Shown piece after piece: positions 9,231-17,997 of a stretch of DNA of 32,000 nucleotides (the first letter of the stretch is position 1; the number at the start of each line of letters is the position of its first letter). Location: positions 3,600,001 to 3,632,000 of the forward strand of contig CP178758.1 in assembly GCA_047651235.1 (NCBI GenBank). Direction: 5' to 3'. The translations under genes and the position numbers were made by a program. The DNA is from Candidatus Electrothrix yaqonensis (GTDB lineage: Bacteria; Desulfobacterota; Desulfobulbia; Desulfobulbales; Desulfobulbaceae). The notes under the pieces are model-generated. The model was not told the DNA's origin, ran no database searches, and was given only the letters and a program-made list of their open reading frames with translations.

Positions 9231-10066
9231 GGTTCCAGCTCCTGTATGATTTCACAAATCAGTTTCTGCAGCTTGGGCTCTGCCCGGTTGGCCGCCTCCA
9301 CAATATCTTCCAGCAGGATAGGGGTGAAGTTGTCCGGGTCATTGACATTGGCGACCACGGACAGACCCAGTACCTGCAGCCCGCCATGCAGAGCCGTGAT
9401 GATTTCCGGTACCGAGGACATGCCTACGGCATCGGCTCCGCATTGCCTGAGCAGCCGGGTTTCCGCCGGGGTCTCCAGACTTGGGCCGGGAATGCAGATA
9501 TAGGTGCCCTCTGTGACCCGGGAAAGGTCAAGTTTGTGGGCTGCCTGCCGGGCCAGTTGGCGCAGGGCAGGATGGTATGGTTCCGAGAGATCCGGGAAAC
9601 GCGGGCCCCATTCGTCAATATTCGGTCCGCGCAGGGGATTATCCGGCAGCTGGTTGATATGATCCCGGAAGATCATAATGGTGCCGGGCTGCCAGGCAGG
9701 GTTTAGCCCGCCGGAGGCATTGGTGATAATGGCCGTATGCACGCCGAATTGGGACAGCACCCGGACAGGAAAGCCGACCTCACGGGCGGTATAGCCTTCA
9801 TAATAATGGAACCGGCCCTGCAGCACAGTAACCGGTTTTCCGGCCAGAGTGCCGCAGATCAGATTACCGGCATGGCTGGTCACTGTGGAACGGGGAAAGT
9901 TGGGGATTTCCTCGTAGGGGATGGTAATTCTGTCTTCCATTGCCCCGGCCAGATTACCGAGACCGGTGCCGAGCTGAATCAGGATTTCTGGCGTGGCAGG
10001 CAGGCAGGAGCGGAGAAAGGTAACCGCTTCGTCCACCTGCTGTTTATGTGCGTTGATATCAATCAT
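9227..10066 (-). CDS. Purine nucleoside phosphorylase (trimeric PNP-I/PunA family), probably acting with MtaD in MTA salvage
   Basis: The 279-aa ORF contains IQLGTGLGNLA, FPRSTVTSHAGNLICGTLAGKPVTVLQGRFHYYEGY, ITNASGGLN and GPSLETPAETRLLRQCGADAVGMSSVPE. It is translationally coupled to mtaD. Confidence 0.85.
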   Translation of the reverse strand: MIDINAHKQQVDEAVTFLRSCLPATPEILIQLGTGLGNLAGAMEDRITIPYEEIPNFPRSTVTSHAGNLICGTLAGKPVTVLQGRFHYYEGYTAREVGFPVRVLSQFGVHTAIITNASGGLNPAWQPGTIMIFRDHINQLPDNPLRGPNIDEWGPRFPDLSEPYHPALRQLARQAAHKLDLSRVTEGTYICIPGPSLETPAETRLLRQCGADAVGMSSVPEIITALHGGLQVLGLSVVANVNDPDNFTPILLEDIVEAANRAEPKLQKLICEIIQELEP

Positions 10067-10361
10067 GGTGTTCTGTTGTTTTTCATCCCATAGATCGCTT
10101 ATCGTATTTTTTCATTAATACCTTGCAGGTTATAACGAATTCTCTTTCCTTTCACAAGAAACAAAGCCCCCGGTATTCACACAAGCAGGTTCCGAGCCGG
10201 TCGTAAAAGACAGGGGGGGATCGCACTGTCCGGGCAGCATCCATTATGAAAAAAACTGTGAATATAAACTGTTGTGCAGATAACAATTCAGGTTCCGCCA
10301 TTACCGGTGGGACGGGATGCAGTGAGTCTTTTCTTCTCAAGCACCCCGCCGGGTTGACTCC

Positions 10362-11954
10362 TTACCCATCAATAACGCCGTTGCAGTCGTTGTCAACTCC
10401 GTCTCTTCCGAAATTTCCCTTGTCCTTATGGCCGGGATAAACTTCGGGATCATTGTCATTGCAGTCGCCATCTTCCACACAGAAGCCGTCGTTGTCATTG
10501 TCCGTACAGACTGAGCAGCCTTCATCAACGGTTCCGTCGCAATTGTTGTCGATACCGTCACAGAGTTCCGCTGCGCCGGGGTAGATGTCCGCATTGCCGT
10601 CATTGCAGTCGCCGTCTTCCACGCAGACGCCGTCATTGTCATTGTCCGTACATACCGGGCATCCCTCATCCGCAGTTCCGTCGCAGTTGTTGTCGATGCC
10701 GTCACAGGTTTCGGTTGCGCCGGGGTAGATGTCCGCATTGCTGTCATTGCAGTCGCCATTCTCCGTACAAACGTTGTCGTTGTCATTATCCGTGCATACT
10801 GGTCCGCCCTGATAAGTTAACGCGTCATATGCCTGAATCAGGCCGTGACCGAAGGTGCTGTCATAGCCTATTGCGCCAAGATCAAAGGCAGTTTCTGTCA
10901 AAGCTGCATACACATCATCCGGAGTACTTGCCGTGTCATAAGCTATGAGCATGGCTGCAGTGGCAGCAACGTGAGGCGTAGCCATTGATGTGCCGTTGTA
11001 CGAATAATACCCCCAAGCAGTACCGGAGAATGTTTCCTGAACAACTCCGCTTCCGGGAGCAACAACGTCAAGCCCGTTACCCCTGTTTGAATAGCCGGCC
11101 ACAGCATCCTGTGAATCCGTAGCCCCTACAGCAATAGTTGTTGGATAAATTGCCGGATAGCTGACTTGGGTTGTGTCGGAATCATTACCTGCAGCGGCAA
11201 CCACGGTGACATCGTTGCTGTGGGCATAATCAAGGGCTTCGTCCATGTAGGAAATGCTGGTGTACCCATGCGCTCCCAGACTCATGTTGATGACCAGTGC
11301 ACCGTTATCCACAGCCCAGTAGATTCCATCTGCCACATCTGCAAACGAACCGGATCCTGTATCGCTCAAGACCTTGACCGGCATTACACATGCACCATAG
11401 GCCATCCCGGCGCAGCCGACTCCGTTATCTGTAGACTGAGCTACTGTTCCGGAGACATGGGTTCCGTGACCATGCCCGTCAGAGGGATCATTATCACTGT
11501 TAACGAAATCATACCCCGGCACGACACAGCCGATACCGTCCGTTCCGCCGGTGGCCAGTCCGGTATCCAGCACTGCCACGGTTACTCCGGTACCAGTGGT
11601 CAAACCCCAGGCCTGCTCACTCTGGATGCGGGGAAGATGCCATTGATAAGATGAGTAATACGGATCATCGACTGATGCGTAGGCCCAGGCGATATAGTTT
11701 AATTCGGCCTTACGACCTTTTTTGCGCAAGGCCTTAACCTCTTTTTTTTCGTTGCCCTTAGCTACTTCAAGGACTGTCAGATTCGCGTGCTCCAGATATT
11801 TCACAACTTTATATCCGGGAAAATCTTCCGGAGTTCCATGCACGACAACCTGTTTTTCTTTAAATTCCGGTTTATCTTTTGGCTGCTTCGCAAAACTTGT
11901 GCAGTGCCAGCTGAAAATCACGACAAGAGCGACGGACAAAGACAGGACCTTCAT
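10362..11954 (-). CDS. Secreted subtilisin-like serine protease (peptidase S8) with a propeptide and three C-terminal Cys/Asp-rich repeats
   Basis: GGAGG lies 7 nt upstream of the ATG and the signal peptide is MKVLSLSVALVVIFSWHCTSFA. The catalytic triad contexts are VAVLDTGL (Asp), HGHGTHVSGT (His) and GTSMATPHVAA (Ser). The C-terminus has 3 copies of a CTDNDNDGxCxEDGDCNDxNxxIYPGAxExCDGIDNNCDG-type motif. Confidence 0.9.
   Translation of the reverse strand: MKVLSLSVALVVIFSWHCTSFAKQPKDKPEFKEKQVVVHGTPEDFPGYKVVKYLEHANLTVLEVAKGNEKKEVKALRKKGRKAELNYIAWAYASVDDPYYSSYQWHLPRIQSEQAWGLTTGTGVTVAVLDTGLATGGTDGIGCVVPGYDFVNSDNDPSDGHGHGTHVSGTVAQSTDNGVGCAGMAYGACVMPVKVLSDTGSGSFADVADGIYWAVDNGALVINMSLGAHGYTSISYMDEALDYAHSNDVTVVAAAGNDSDTTQVSYPAIYPTTIAVGATDSQDAVAGYSNRGNGLDVVAPGSGVVQETFSGTAWGYYSYNGTSMATPHVAATAAMLIAYDTASTPDDVYAALTETAFDLGAIGYDSTFGHGLIQAYDALTYQGGPVCTDNDNDNVCTENGDCNDSNADIYPGATETCDGIDNNCDGTADEGCPVCTDNDNDGVCVEDGDCNDGNADIYPGAAELCDGIDNNCDGTVDEGCSVCTDNDNDGFCVEDGDCNDNDPEVYPGHKDKGNFGRDGVDNDCNGVIDG
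10365..10802. repeat. Three tandem coding repeats of about 144 bp (48-50 aa Cys/Asp/Asn-rich module) at the 3' end of the S8 protease gene
   Basis: The three modules are PVCTDNDNDNVCTENGDCNDSNADIYPGATETCDGIDNNCDGTADEGC, PVCTDNDNDGVCVEDGDCNDGNADIYPGAAELCDGIDNNCDGTVDEGC and SVCTDNDNDGFCVEDGDCNDNDPEVYPGHKDKGNFGRDGVDNDCNGVIDG. Confidence 0.9.
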
Positions 11955-11984
11955 AAAAATTCCTCCGTTCAGATGCTATGTATG

Positions 11985-12022
11985 AAAAAAAGGAGCGGTT
12001 CCGGATGAACCGCTCCTTTTTT
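11985..12022 (-). terminator. Rho-independent terminator, structurally bidirectional, downstream of CDS 12069..13094
   Basis: The structure is AAAAAA, then AGGAGCGGTTC (11991-12001), a cggat loop, GAACCGCTCCT (12007-12017) and TTTTT. The stem is a perfect 11 bp and is flanked by A and T runs. Confidence 0.75.
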
Positions 12023-12068
12023 ATAAATCAACCGTTCAGATCAATCCGATAATGAACCGGCAGCAGAC

Positions 12069-13094
12069 TCAGTCACATGTAAACCGGATTGTGGTCTTCA
12101 TGGCCCAGCTGCCTTTCACGGCAATCTGGTCGCCCTTGGCCCAGGCGGTTTCCTGACCCAGACTGTCGTGCAGCACGGAAGCATGTGCGGCCATTTCGGC
12201 ATCCAGATTTACAGACATGCCGGACTCACACAGCATACCTTCAAGGTCACCGAACTCATCCAGCGGTATCTTGATCCTGTTGGTGACATCATAAACATCT
12301 TCGGAAATGTCCGGGAAGTTTCCTATTTTGGGATTACCCTTCTTGTTTGCAGGCATCACGGGATTTTCCTGATTCTCTACCCAAAGATGCGTTTCCTGAA
12401 GATACCAGCCGTCCTCGGTATCATAGGTGACAGACAGTGTGTCAACCACGCCGTCATTGTCCAGATCCTCCAGATCGACACTGACCGAACCGACATCTGT
12501 ATGCTGACCTGCAATGAGCTCCGCAGACTTGTTTTCTTCTTCCGGTCCGTCGGCGGCAACCTGGAAACCGTCCTTGACGATCTCAACCTGAAGGGTAGGT
12601 TCATCGGCAACATCAGGACCGGGGCGGCAGGGACCGGGAACCTCTGTCACATTATAAAGCCGTGCAGCCTTGAAGCCCATCTCGCATGTCCAACCGTCGC
12701 CTGCGCCTTCGGGAACATTATCGAATTCCACGGTGTATGTCGTTATATTCTCCTCGCCTACCTCCTGCCCGGAATCCCATTTTACATAGACAGTATCTGC
12801 ATAGTCTGTTCCCTTCATACTGCCGTCTTCTCCGATTACGACAGGTTGGTCCGAAGTGGCGACAGCACCTTCAGGAAGCTCAAGATTCAGATGGCTCAGA
12901 GCAGGATCATCATTGATTCTGATCGTGTAGTCACAGAGAACTGTGGTCCCGTATACGCACTGGGCATCCAGAACTTCTGCGGACACTTCAGTGAAGTCGC
13001 CGGCCTGGGCGGTAAAGGGAACTGCAAAAAGAACTGCTGCTGCGGAGATGAAACTTCTGCGGAATACTTTTGATGTGGTTTTTGTGGATTTCAT
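12069..13094 (-). CDS. Hypothetical acidic secreted protein with a Tat-like signal peptide
   Basis: I chose the start at 13094 (GGAGG 6-7 nt upstream) rather than the track start at 13211. The N-terminus MKSTKTTSKVFRRSFISAAAVLFAVPFTAQA|GDF contains RRSFIS, which resembles the twin-arginine motif. The mature part is Asp/Glu-rich and I recognise no domain. Confidence 0.65.
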   Translation of the reverse strand: MKSTKTTSKVFRRSFISAAAVLFAVPFTAQAGDFTEVSAEVLDAQCVYGTTVLCDYTIRINDDPALSHLNLELPEGAVATSDQPVVIGEDGSMKGTDYADTVYVKWDSGQEVGEENITTYTVEFDNVPEGAGDGWTCEMGFKAARLYNVTEVPGPCRPGPDVADEPTLQVEIVKDGFQVAADGPEEENKSAELIAGQHTDVGSVSVDLEDLDNDGVVDTLSVTYDTEDGWYLQETHLWVENQENPVMPANKKGNPKIGNFPDISEDVYDVTNRIKIPLDEFGDLEGMLCESGMSVNLDAEMAAHASVLHDSLGQETAWAKGDQIAVKGSWAMKTTIRFTCD

Positions 13095-13549
13095 AACATA
13101 CCTCCTGGTAGAAAAAGGGTGATGAGAAAGAAAGCAGGCAACCCGGCTGTCTCCTCTATTGGAGACCCGTAGCTTTCCGGCACCGCCTCGCGGCGGTTGT
13201 GGCTTTATCAACTTTCCGGCTCTGCTTTTTCCGGAAAGTATATTATGTCAGAGAACCTGCATTTAAAAAACTGTCTAACAAATCCTTATGGTTCTTTATA
13301 GCTCAAACGCTGCCTGGTGTCAAACTTTTTTTGCAAAAAAAAAACAAAATGTTAGAGTGGTATTTCTTATACTTCGACCAGATATACGACCAATTTTTTA
13401 TCATCGCTCCGTCTCTTTCTGCGGCAGAGAAAAACAGTCCCGCCTTCTCTGCATGGAGCCGAAATCTCTTCATTTTATACTGGCTCTGAAGCGAAGGACT
13501 GTTTCCTTGTCTCCGGAAGGCCGCAGAGGGTTACCCATGCCGCCCTCAT

Positions 13550-13774
13550 TTGTCTGGGCAGGTAAAATTAATTGAACAAAACTTTCACAGCGCCAACTTT
13601 TCCTGTATGCTGTATCGTATGATAAATAGAGAGAAATACATAGAACATCTGCCCCCTACCCCCTACAACTGCACCTGTACTAATCTGTCCGGTCATGTAG
13701 GAAAGATCAGTCATGATAGTATCAGCGACTTTTTGAAAAAGAAACGCACTGCTGAGCAATGCCGTCGGCGGTAA
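13550..13774 (+). pseudogene. Possible N-terminal fragment of a DDE transposase (IS remnant)
   Basis: The short ORF segment ...MINREKYIEHLPPTPYNCTCTNLSGHVGKISHDSISDFLKKKRTAEQC resembles, from memory, N-termini of IS4/IS701-like transposases (xYIxxLxxTPxNxTCTNLxxHxxxxSHDxxxxFL). It is truncated after about 50 aa and sits in an AT-rich non-coding gap. It is unverified without a search. Confidence 0.3.
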
Positions 13775-13863
13775 GGAACAAGGCAGGGAGAGTCCTGTCT
13801 GGTGAGCCTCAGCCCTGAAGAGGGGAATAACTGATGGGTGGCAAGGTTTGCTGCTGCAAAACT

Positions 13864-14520
13864 CTAACTGATATCTTCAAGCAGTCCGAGCTTTGCCGCG
13901 TAGCGGACCAGATCAACCGTGCTGTGCAGCTCCAGTTTGCTCAGGATATTGGCCCGATGATTGGTCACGGTTTTTGTACTGATACAGAGTGTATCCGCTA
14001 TATCTGTGACCGATTTTCCCTGGGCCAGAAGCCGGAATATTTCTTGTTCCCGGGCGGTCAGGTTACCGTAGGTTGAGTCGGAAAGTTCCGAGGATTCGGC
14101 AGTCTCCAAGAGGCGGCCGACAATTTCTCTGGAAAGAGCTGAGTCTAGGTAGTATCCATTCTGCAGAGCAGCCTCAAGGGCCTTGTGCAGGCAGCTGGAG
14201 ACAGACTCCTTGACAAGGTAGCCGACAGCACCGGCCCGCAGCGCCCCGAGAATATAGTCGATTTTGGAATGCATACTGACGATCACGATCCGGGTTTCCG
14301 GCACTGCGGCCCGGAGTATCCTGGTGAGCTGAATGCCGCTCTTGTCAGGCAGGGACAGATCGACCACCGCCACCTCTGGCCTGATACTCCTCACCGCCTC
14401 CTCCCCCTGACGGGCATCAGCGCCTTCACCGGAAACCTCGAAATCAGTATATTTTTCAATCAGCTGTCTGAGACCTGCCCGGAAGGTATCATGGTCATCA
14501 ATAAGGACTATTTTGTTCAT
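13864..14520 (-). CDS. NarL/FixJ (LuxR-type HTH) family response regulator
   Basis: The start is at the ATG at 14520 (MNKIVLIDDHDTFRAGLRQLI...). The receiver has VAVVDLSLPDKSGIQL. The C-terminal LuxR HTH reads LTAREQEIFRLLAQGKSVTDIADTLCISTKTVTNHRANILSKL. The gene lies 20 nt downstream of the kinase gene. Confidence 0.9.
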   Translation of the reverse strand: MNKIVLIDDHDTFRAGLRQLIEKYTDFEVSGEGADARQGEEAVRSIRPEVAVVDLSLPDKSGIQLTRILRAAVPETRIVIVSMHSKIDYILGALRAGAVGYLVKESVSSCLHKALEAALQNGYYLDSALSREIVGRLLETAESSELSDSTYGNLTAREQEIFRLLAQGKSVTDIADTLCISTKTVTNHRANILSKLELHSTVDLVRYAAKLGLLEDIS

Positions 14521-14539
14521 GATGCGTATCGGCCGAAGT

Positions 14540-16090
14540 TCAAGTTGATATTTCGTTGTTCTGTGCTGCCGCTGCCGCTGCCGCTGCCGGGCCGGGAAAT
14601 TCAATGATGATCTTTGTTCCCTGCTGCGGGGCCGAGTGAATCCTGAAGCTGCCCTGCATCATCCGGACCCGCTCCTTCATACCGAGCAGGCCGAAGCGCT
14701 TGTTTTCCAAGGCTTTGCGGAGGCCCTGTTCCGGGTCAAAACCGCAGCCGTCATCCTCCATCCGCAGGATGATGTTCGGATGTGAGGCGATCAGCCGGAT
14801 TTCCGCCCTGGAGGCATCTGCATGTTTTTTGATATTATTCAGTGCCTCCTGGACCAGCCGGTAAGTATTGATCGCATGATCAAAATCAAAAACCAAGCTG
14901 TCAATTCCAGCCTTGGTAAAATGTACATCAACGCCGCTCTTGTTGCTGAACTCCCGGCAGTAGTCGGCTATAGCGCTGGACAGACCGATCTGTTCAAGAC
15001 CGGGCGGGCGCAGATTATAGGAGAGTTCGCGTACGGTCCTGATGCAGTGATCGAGCAGTTTTTCCCAATCATGCACGGCCTGCTCTGCCGGAGCGTTGCC
15101 CTCTGCCGCATCATGTAGCAGGCTGCCGCCGGAAATCTTGAGCGAGGAGAGATTCTGCGCCACATTATCGTGCAGATAAAGGGAAATCTGCTGGCGCTCC
15201 GCCTCCTGCACGGTCAGAAGCTTCTGAGAAAGGGTATGCACCTGCTCTTCGGCCTTTCTGAGTTCCGCATTGGCATGAATCAGTTCGCTGGTCCGTTCCC
15301 GGACCTTCAGCTCAAATTCATTGTGATATCCGGCCAGCTGTTCCGCCATGTTGCCGAATTCTCCGGCCAGAAACTCGAATTCATCCCCGGACCTGATATT
15401 CAGTCGGTAATCCAGATTGCCCATGCCGATCTGCCGGGTTCCTTCCTGCAGCAATTTAACCGGTTCCAGAACAGAACGCATCATAAGAAAAACAACAAGT
15501 ACTGTCAGGACAATAACAACAGCACTGGTCAGAATGACAATCAACAGCGTATGCCGGTATTTCTCATTGATAAAGGCTTCAGTCCTGCTCAGCTGCCGGA
15601 GATGGAGGTGCAGATGCTGATCAATTGAGGATTCCAGCTGCTTCAGCTCCTCCCCGATCGCCTCGGAAATCTGAGAAAATTCAGCCGGGTCGGCAGTCCA
15701 TCCGGCCTCGGATTCCTTGAGAATATATTTGGACAGAGTGGCAGCAAAAATGGCATGGTGGAGCGTTTCGTGGGAAACCTGTTCTGCCGGAGTCAGGCCC
15801 TTGTGCTTATGTCCGGCATGCTTTTCTATCATTCCGGTCAGCTGGTCTGCTTTTTGGCGAAGCATGCGCCGGTCGATCCGATGCTCCAGGATGCCTGACT
15901 CCAGAGAAAGGAGCAGCTCCTTGAGATCAAGCATGGCAGAAGCATCAAGAGCGGCATCCTGCAGCAGCTGGTTAAAATGGTGATGAATAGTGGAGAACGT
16001 CCAGACGCAGCAGCCTCCCTGCACGAGGACGCCGAGCAGCAGAGGCAGAAAATAGAGAAGAAATCGGTTGCGCAGACCGGTTCTGAGCAT
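14540..16090 (-). CDS. Membrane sensor histidine kinase (HAMP + HisKA_3 + HATPase_c; NarX/LiaS-like class)
   Basis: The start at 16090 (MLRTGLRNRFLLYFLPLLLGVLV, a TM segment) was chosen because the track start at 16195 would include the atpE terminator. A second TM plus HAMP reads LLIVILTSAVVIVLTVLVVFLMMRSVLEPVKLLQEGTRQIGMGNLDYRL. The H-box is ERQQISLYLHDNVAQNL. The ATPase region has QEALNNIKKH and DDGCGFD. The C-terminus has an Ala8 tract. Confidence 0.85.
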   Translation of the reverse strand: MLRTGLRNRFLLYFLPLLLGVLVQGGCCVWTFSTIHHHFNQLLQDAALDASAMLDLKELLLSLESGILEHRIDRRMLRQKADQLTGMIEKHAGHKHKGLTPAEQVSHETLHHAIFAATLSKYILKESEAGWTADPAEFSQISEAIGEELKQLESSIDQHLHLHLRQLSRTEAFINEKYRHTLLIVILTSAVVIVLTVLVVFLMMRSVLEPVKLLQEGTRQIGMGNLDYRLNIRSGDEFEFLAGEFGNMAEQLAGYHNEFELKVRERTSELIHANAELRKAEEQVHTLSQKLLTVQEAERQQISLYLHDNVAQNLSSLKISGGSLLHDAAEGNAPAEQAVHDWEKLLDHCIRTVRELSYNLRPPGLEQIGLSSAIADYCREFSNKSGVDVHFTKAGIDSLVFDFDHAINTYRLVQEALNNIKKHADASRAEIRLIASHPNIILRMEDDGCGFDPEQGLRKALENKRFGLLGMKERVRMMQGSFRIHSAPQQGTKIIIEFPGPAAAAAAAAQNNEIST

Positions 16091-16157
16091 AAAGAAAAGT
16101 ATCAGACAATCCCGGACAGGATGCTCTTTAGAGCAGGAAAACGATAAGGAAGACGAT

Positions 16158-16189
16158 AAAAAAGGCCGCAGCAGAACGCCACGGCCTTT
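16158..16189 (-). terminator. Candidate rho-independent terminator after atpE
   Basis: The minus strand reads CAAAGGCCG-tggcgttctgctg-CGGCCTTTTTTATCG. This is a GC-rich stem extendable to 8 bp, followed by a T-run, 56 nt downstream of the atpE stop. Confidence 0.55.
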
Positions 16190-16244
16190 GTGCAAAGGAA
16201 TACAATTTCCCTTGAGCTACGACTGAGGACTGATCCTGGTGAAA

Positions 16245-16505
16245 TTACCCGATCAGTGCATCCTTGAACGGGTTGGCAAACAGCAGAATAAAGGCGATAA
16301 CCAGTCCGTAAATCGCGATAGACTCGATCAAGGCCATACCGAGGATCATGGTCGTGGTGATCGGGCCTTTTGCTTCCGGATTGCGGGCAATACCGGCGCA
16401 GGCGCTGTCAACGCCGCGTCCCATGCCGAGACCGGCAGCAAGACCGGGCAGTCCGATAGCAGTCGCTGCTGAAAAGCACACCAGTGCGAGATGAATCTTG
16501 TCCAT
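16245..16505 (-). CDS. atpE: F0F1 ATP synthase subunit c
   Basis: The start at 16505 has GGAGG upstream. The sequence is [76 protein letters not shown]. It has the ARNPE loop and the conserved carboxylate in ALIES. Confidence 0.95.
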   Translation of the reverse strand: MDKIHLALVCFSAATAIGLPGLAAGLGMGRGVDSACAGIARNPEAKGPITTTMILGMALIESIAIYGLVIAFILLFANPFKDALIG

Positions 16506-16598
16506 TGTTCTAACCTCCAAAAGTAATAAAGATAAGTTGGCCTTCTTCCTTTGTTTGTATCTGACGGAACGTCTCAAAAAAAATCACTCTTCTCACTC

Positions 16599-17321
16599 TC
16601 AATGGGCGTGCTCCATCGCCCCGACACAGTAGATAACCGAGAGCAGGACAAAAACAACTGCCTGAATCAGCGAGACAAGCACACCGAGACAGAGAATGGG
16701 CAGAGGCGCAAAGATGGCCCCGGCCAGCATAAACAGAACAGAGAGCAGGATCTCCTTTGCCAGGATATTGCCGAAAAGACGCATGGAAAGTGAAATAAGC
16801 CGGGCAAGGTTACCGATCAGCTCAAGAATAAACATAAATGGAGCCATAACCGGAATCGGCCCGGTAAAATGCTTGTAATATTTCCAGCCGTGATAGCGGA
16901 ATCCCAGAATATGGTGAAATACCCAGACAATGATGGTCATGGCAAGGGTAATATTGAGGTTGGATGTGGGGGACATGAAACCGGGCAGCAGACCGATCAT
17001 ATTACCAAGAACAATATAGATAAAAAAGGTGGCCAAGACCGGGAAAAGCATTCTGGCCCGCTCTCTGCCCATATGTTCAGCAAAAAAATCCATCAGGCCG
17101 CCGATCAGGGCTTCCCAGAAATTCTGTCCGGTTCCGGGAACCAGCTCCAGTCTGCTCAGCGTCAGCTTGGGGACAAGAAAGAGAAATGCCATGAGCAGCC
17201 AACTGTAGGTCAGATAGGGCTCGCAGAGCTTCTCCAGAAAGGTTGCTCCGATCGGTTCGTGCGGAACCGGCAGTCCCAGCCAGTCGAGAATAACCGAGAT
17301 GAATAAAATTGGATGTTCCAT
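16599..17321 (-). CDS. atpB: F0F1 ATP synthase subunit a
   Basis: This 240-aa polytopic membrane protein contains GNLARLISLSMRLFGNILAKE, which holds the conserved Arg of subunit a. It lies directly upstream of atpE. Confidence 0.9.
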   Translation of the reverse strand: MEHPILFISVILDWLGLPVPHEPIGATFLEKLCEPYLTYSWLLMAFLFLVPKLTLSRLELVPGTGQNFWEALIGGLMDFFAEHMGRERARMLFPVLATFFIYIVLGNMIGLLPGFMSPTSNLNITLAMTIIVWVFHHILGFRYHGWKYYKHFTGPIPVMAPFMFILELIGNLARLISLSMRLFGNILAKEILLSVLFMLAGAIFAPLPILCLGVLVSLIQAVVFVLLSVIYCVGAMEHAH

Positions 17322-17336
17322 TGATCTGCACTCCCT

Positions 17337-17774
17337 TTATATGCTTTTATGTTCTCCGGAGAATTCCATACAGCTGCGGGCAAGGGGAACAATAATGACG
17401 CTGACTGCCACTGTGGACAACCCCACCGTCAGCCCTATTATATTTATTTCAACACTCATACCCAGGACAGCCAGCAGCAGCACCAGCACAAGAAGACGGC
17501 CATAAAATCTGACCGCAAAAAGCGCTGTCGGCCCTTGCTGCACCTGCTGTTCCGGTGCAGCAGCGATCTTGTCTACGATCTGTCTGACCGTCCGTTTCAG
17601 CAGAAAGAAACTGCCGCCGGACAGGATGCCGCCGCACAGGACGGATACGGCCATCTGTCTGCCGAAAAAGTACCAGCTTCCCAAGCTGAGCAGAAGCACC
17701 AGGAAGACATTGAACTGCTCCACCCGTCGCACCAGGGGATATTCGTCGGCTGCACCGCTCTTCTGCTTATTCAT
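17337..17774 (-). CDS. atpI: ATP synthase protein I-like membrane protein
   Basis: This 145-aa protein has about 4 hydrophobic segments and sits immediately upstream of atpB. It overlaps the preceding small gene by 8 nt. The assignment rests mainly on operon position and topology. Confidence 0.6.
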   Translation of the reverse strand: MNKQKSGAADEYPLVRRVEQFNVFLVLLLSLGSWYFFGRQMAVSVLCGGILSGGSFFLLKRTVRQIVDKIAAAPEQQVQQGPTALFAVRFYGRLLVLVLLLAVLGMSVEINIIGLTVGLSTVAVSVIIVPLARSCMEFSGEHKSI

Positions 17775-17997
17775 CCCTGGATATTTTTTTGTTCAGCTCC
17801 CAAAGATGCCTGAAGCCTGCAGCGATTCCGAAACCGAGGAAAATAAAGGTGAACCAGGGGGAGGTGCGACCGGCAAACAGTTTATTGTCCAGATACCAGC
17901 CCATGCCGAAACCGATACAGACTGAGGCGGCAAAGGTTGTCCCGGACTGGCCGTATATTGCCAGCTCAGTCAGTATGCCTCTCTCCTCTTTGGCCAT
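17767..17997 (-). CDS. AtpZ/ATPase_gene1-like small membrane protein
   Basis: The start is the ATG at 17997, with AGGAG 6 nt upstream; the track start at 18015 is a GTG. The sequence is MAKEERGILTELAIYGQSGTTFAASVCIGFGMGWYLDNKLFAGRTSPWFTFIFLGFGIAAGF, a two-TM pattern typical of the small gene that precedes atpI in split F0 operons. Confidence 0.6.
   Translation of the reverse strand: MAKEERGILTELAIYGQSGTTFAASVCIGFGMGWYLDNKLFAGRTSPWFTFIFLGFGIAAGFRHLWELNKKISRDE

Noticed and set aside
10246-10440. Small + strand ORF MKKTVNINCCADNNSGSAITGGTGCSES..., which looks superficially like a Cys-containing RiPP precursor next to a subtilase.
   Set aside because: It has no SD. Its last third overlaps the 3' end of the S8 protease gene in antisense, and there are no modification enzymes nearby. 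It is most likely spurious.
12168-13073. 301-aa + strand ORF.
   Set aside because: It is antisense to the SD-led, signal-peptide-bearing gene 12069..13094. It has no start context or motifs.
13095-13211. Upstream extension of the 12069 gene to the track start at 13211 (MIKPQPPRGGAGKLRV...).
   Set aside because: The extension reads through the SD (GGAGG at 13101-13105) and would bury the signal peptide 39 residues inside the protein. The internal ATG at 13094 fits far better.
14565-14588. (GCTGCC)x4 hexanucleotide tract encoding Ala8 at the C-terminus of the kinase, considered as a phase-variation switch.
   Set aside because: The unit length is a multiple of three, so slippage would only change the Ala count near the C-terminus and would not shift the frame. 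There is no evidence of a regulatory role.
16091-16195. Longer N-terminal extension of the histidine kinase (track start at 16195).
   Set aside because: The extension would include the hairpin and T-run that I interpret as the atpE terminator (16158-16189). It encodes a non-hydrophobic Ser/Leu-rich peptide. The start at 16090 gives a normal basic N-terminus followed by a TM segment.
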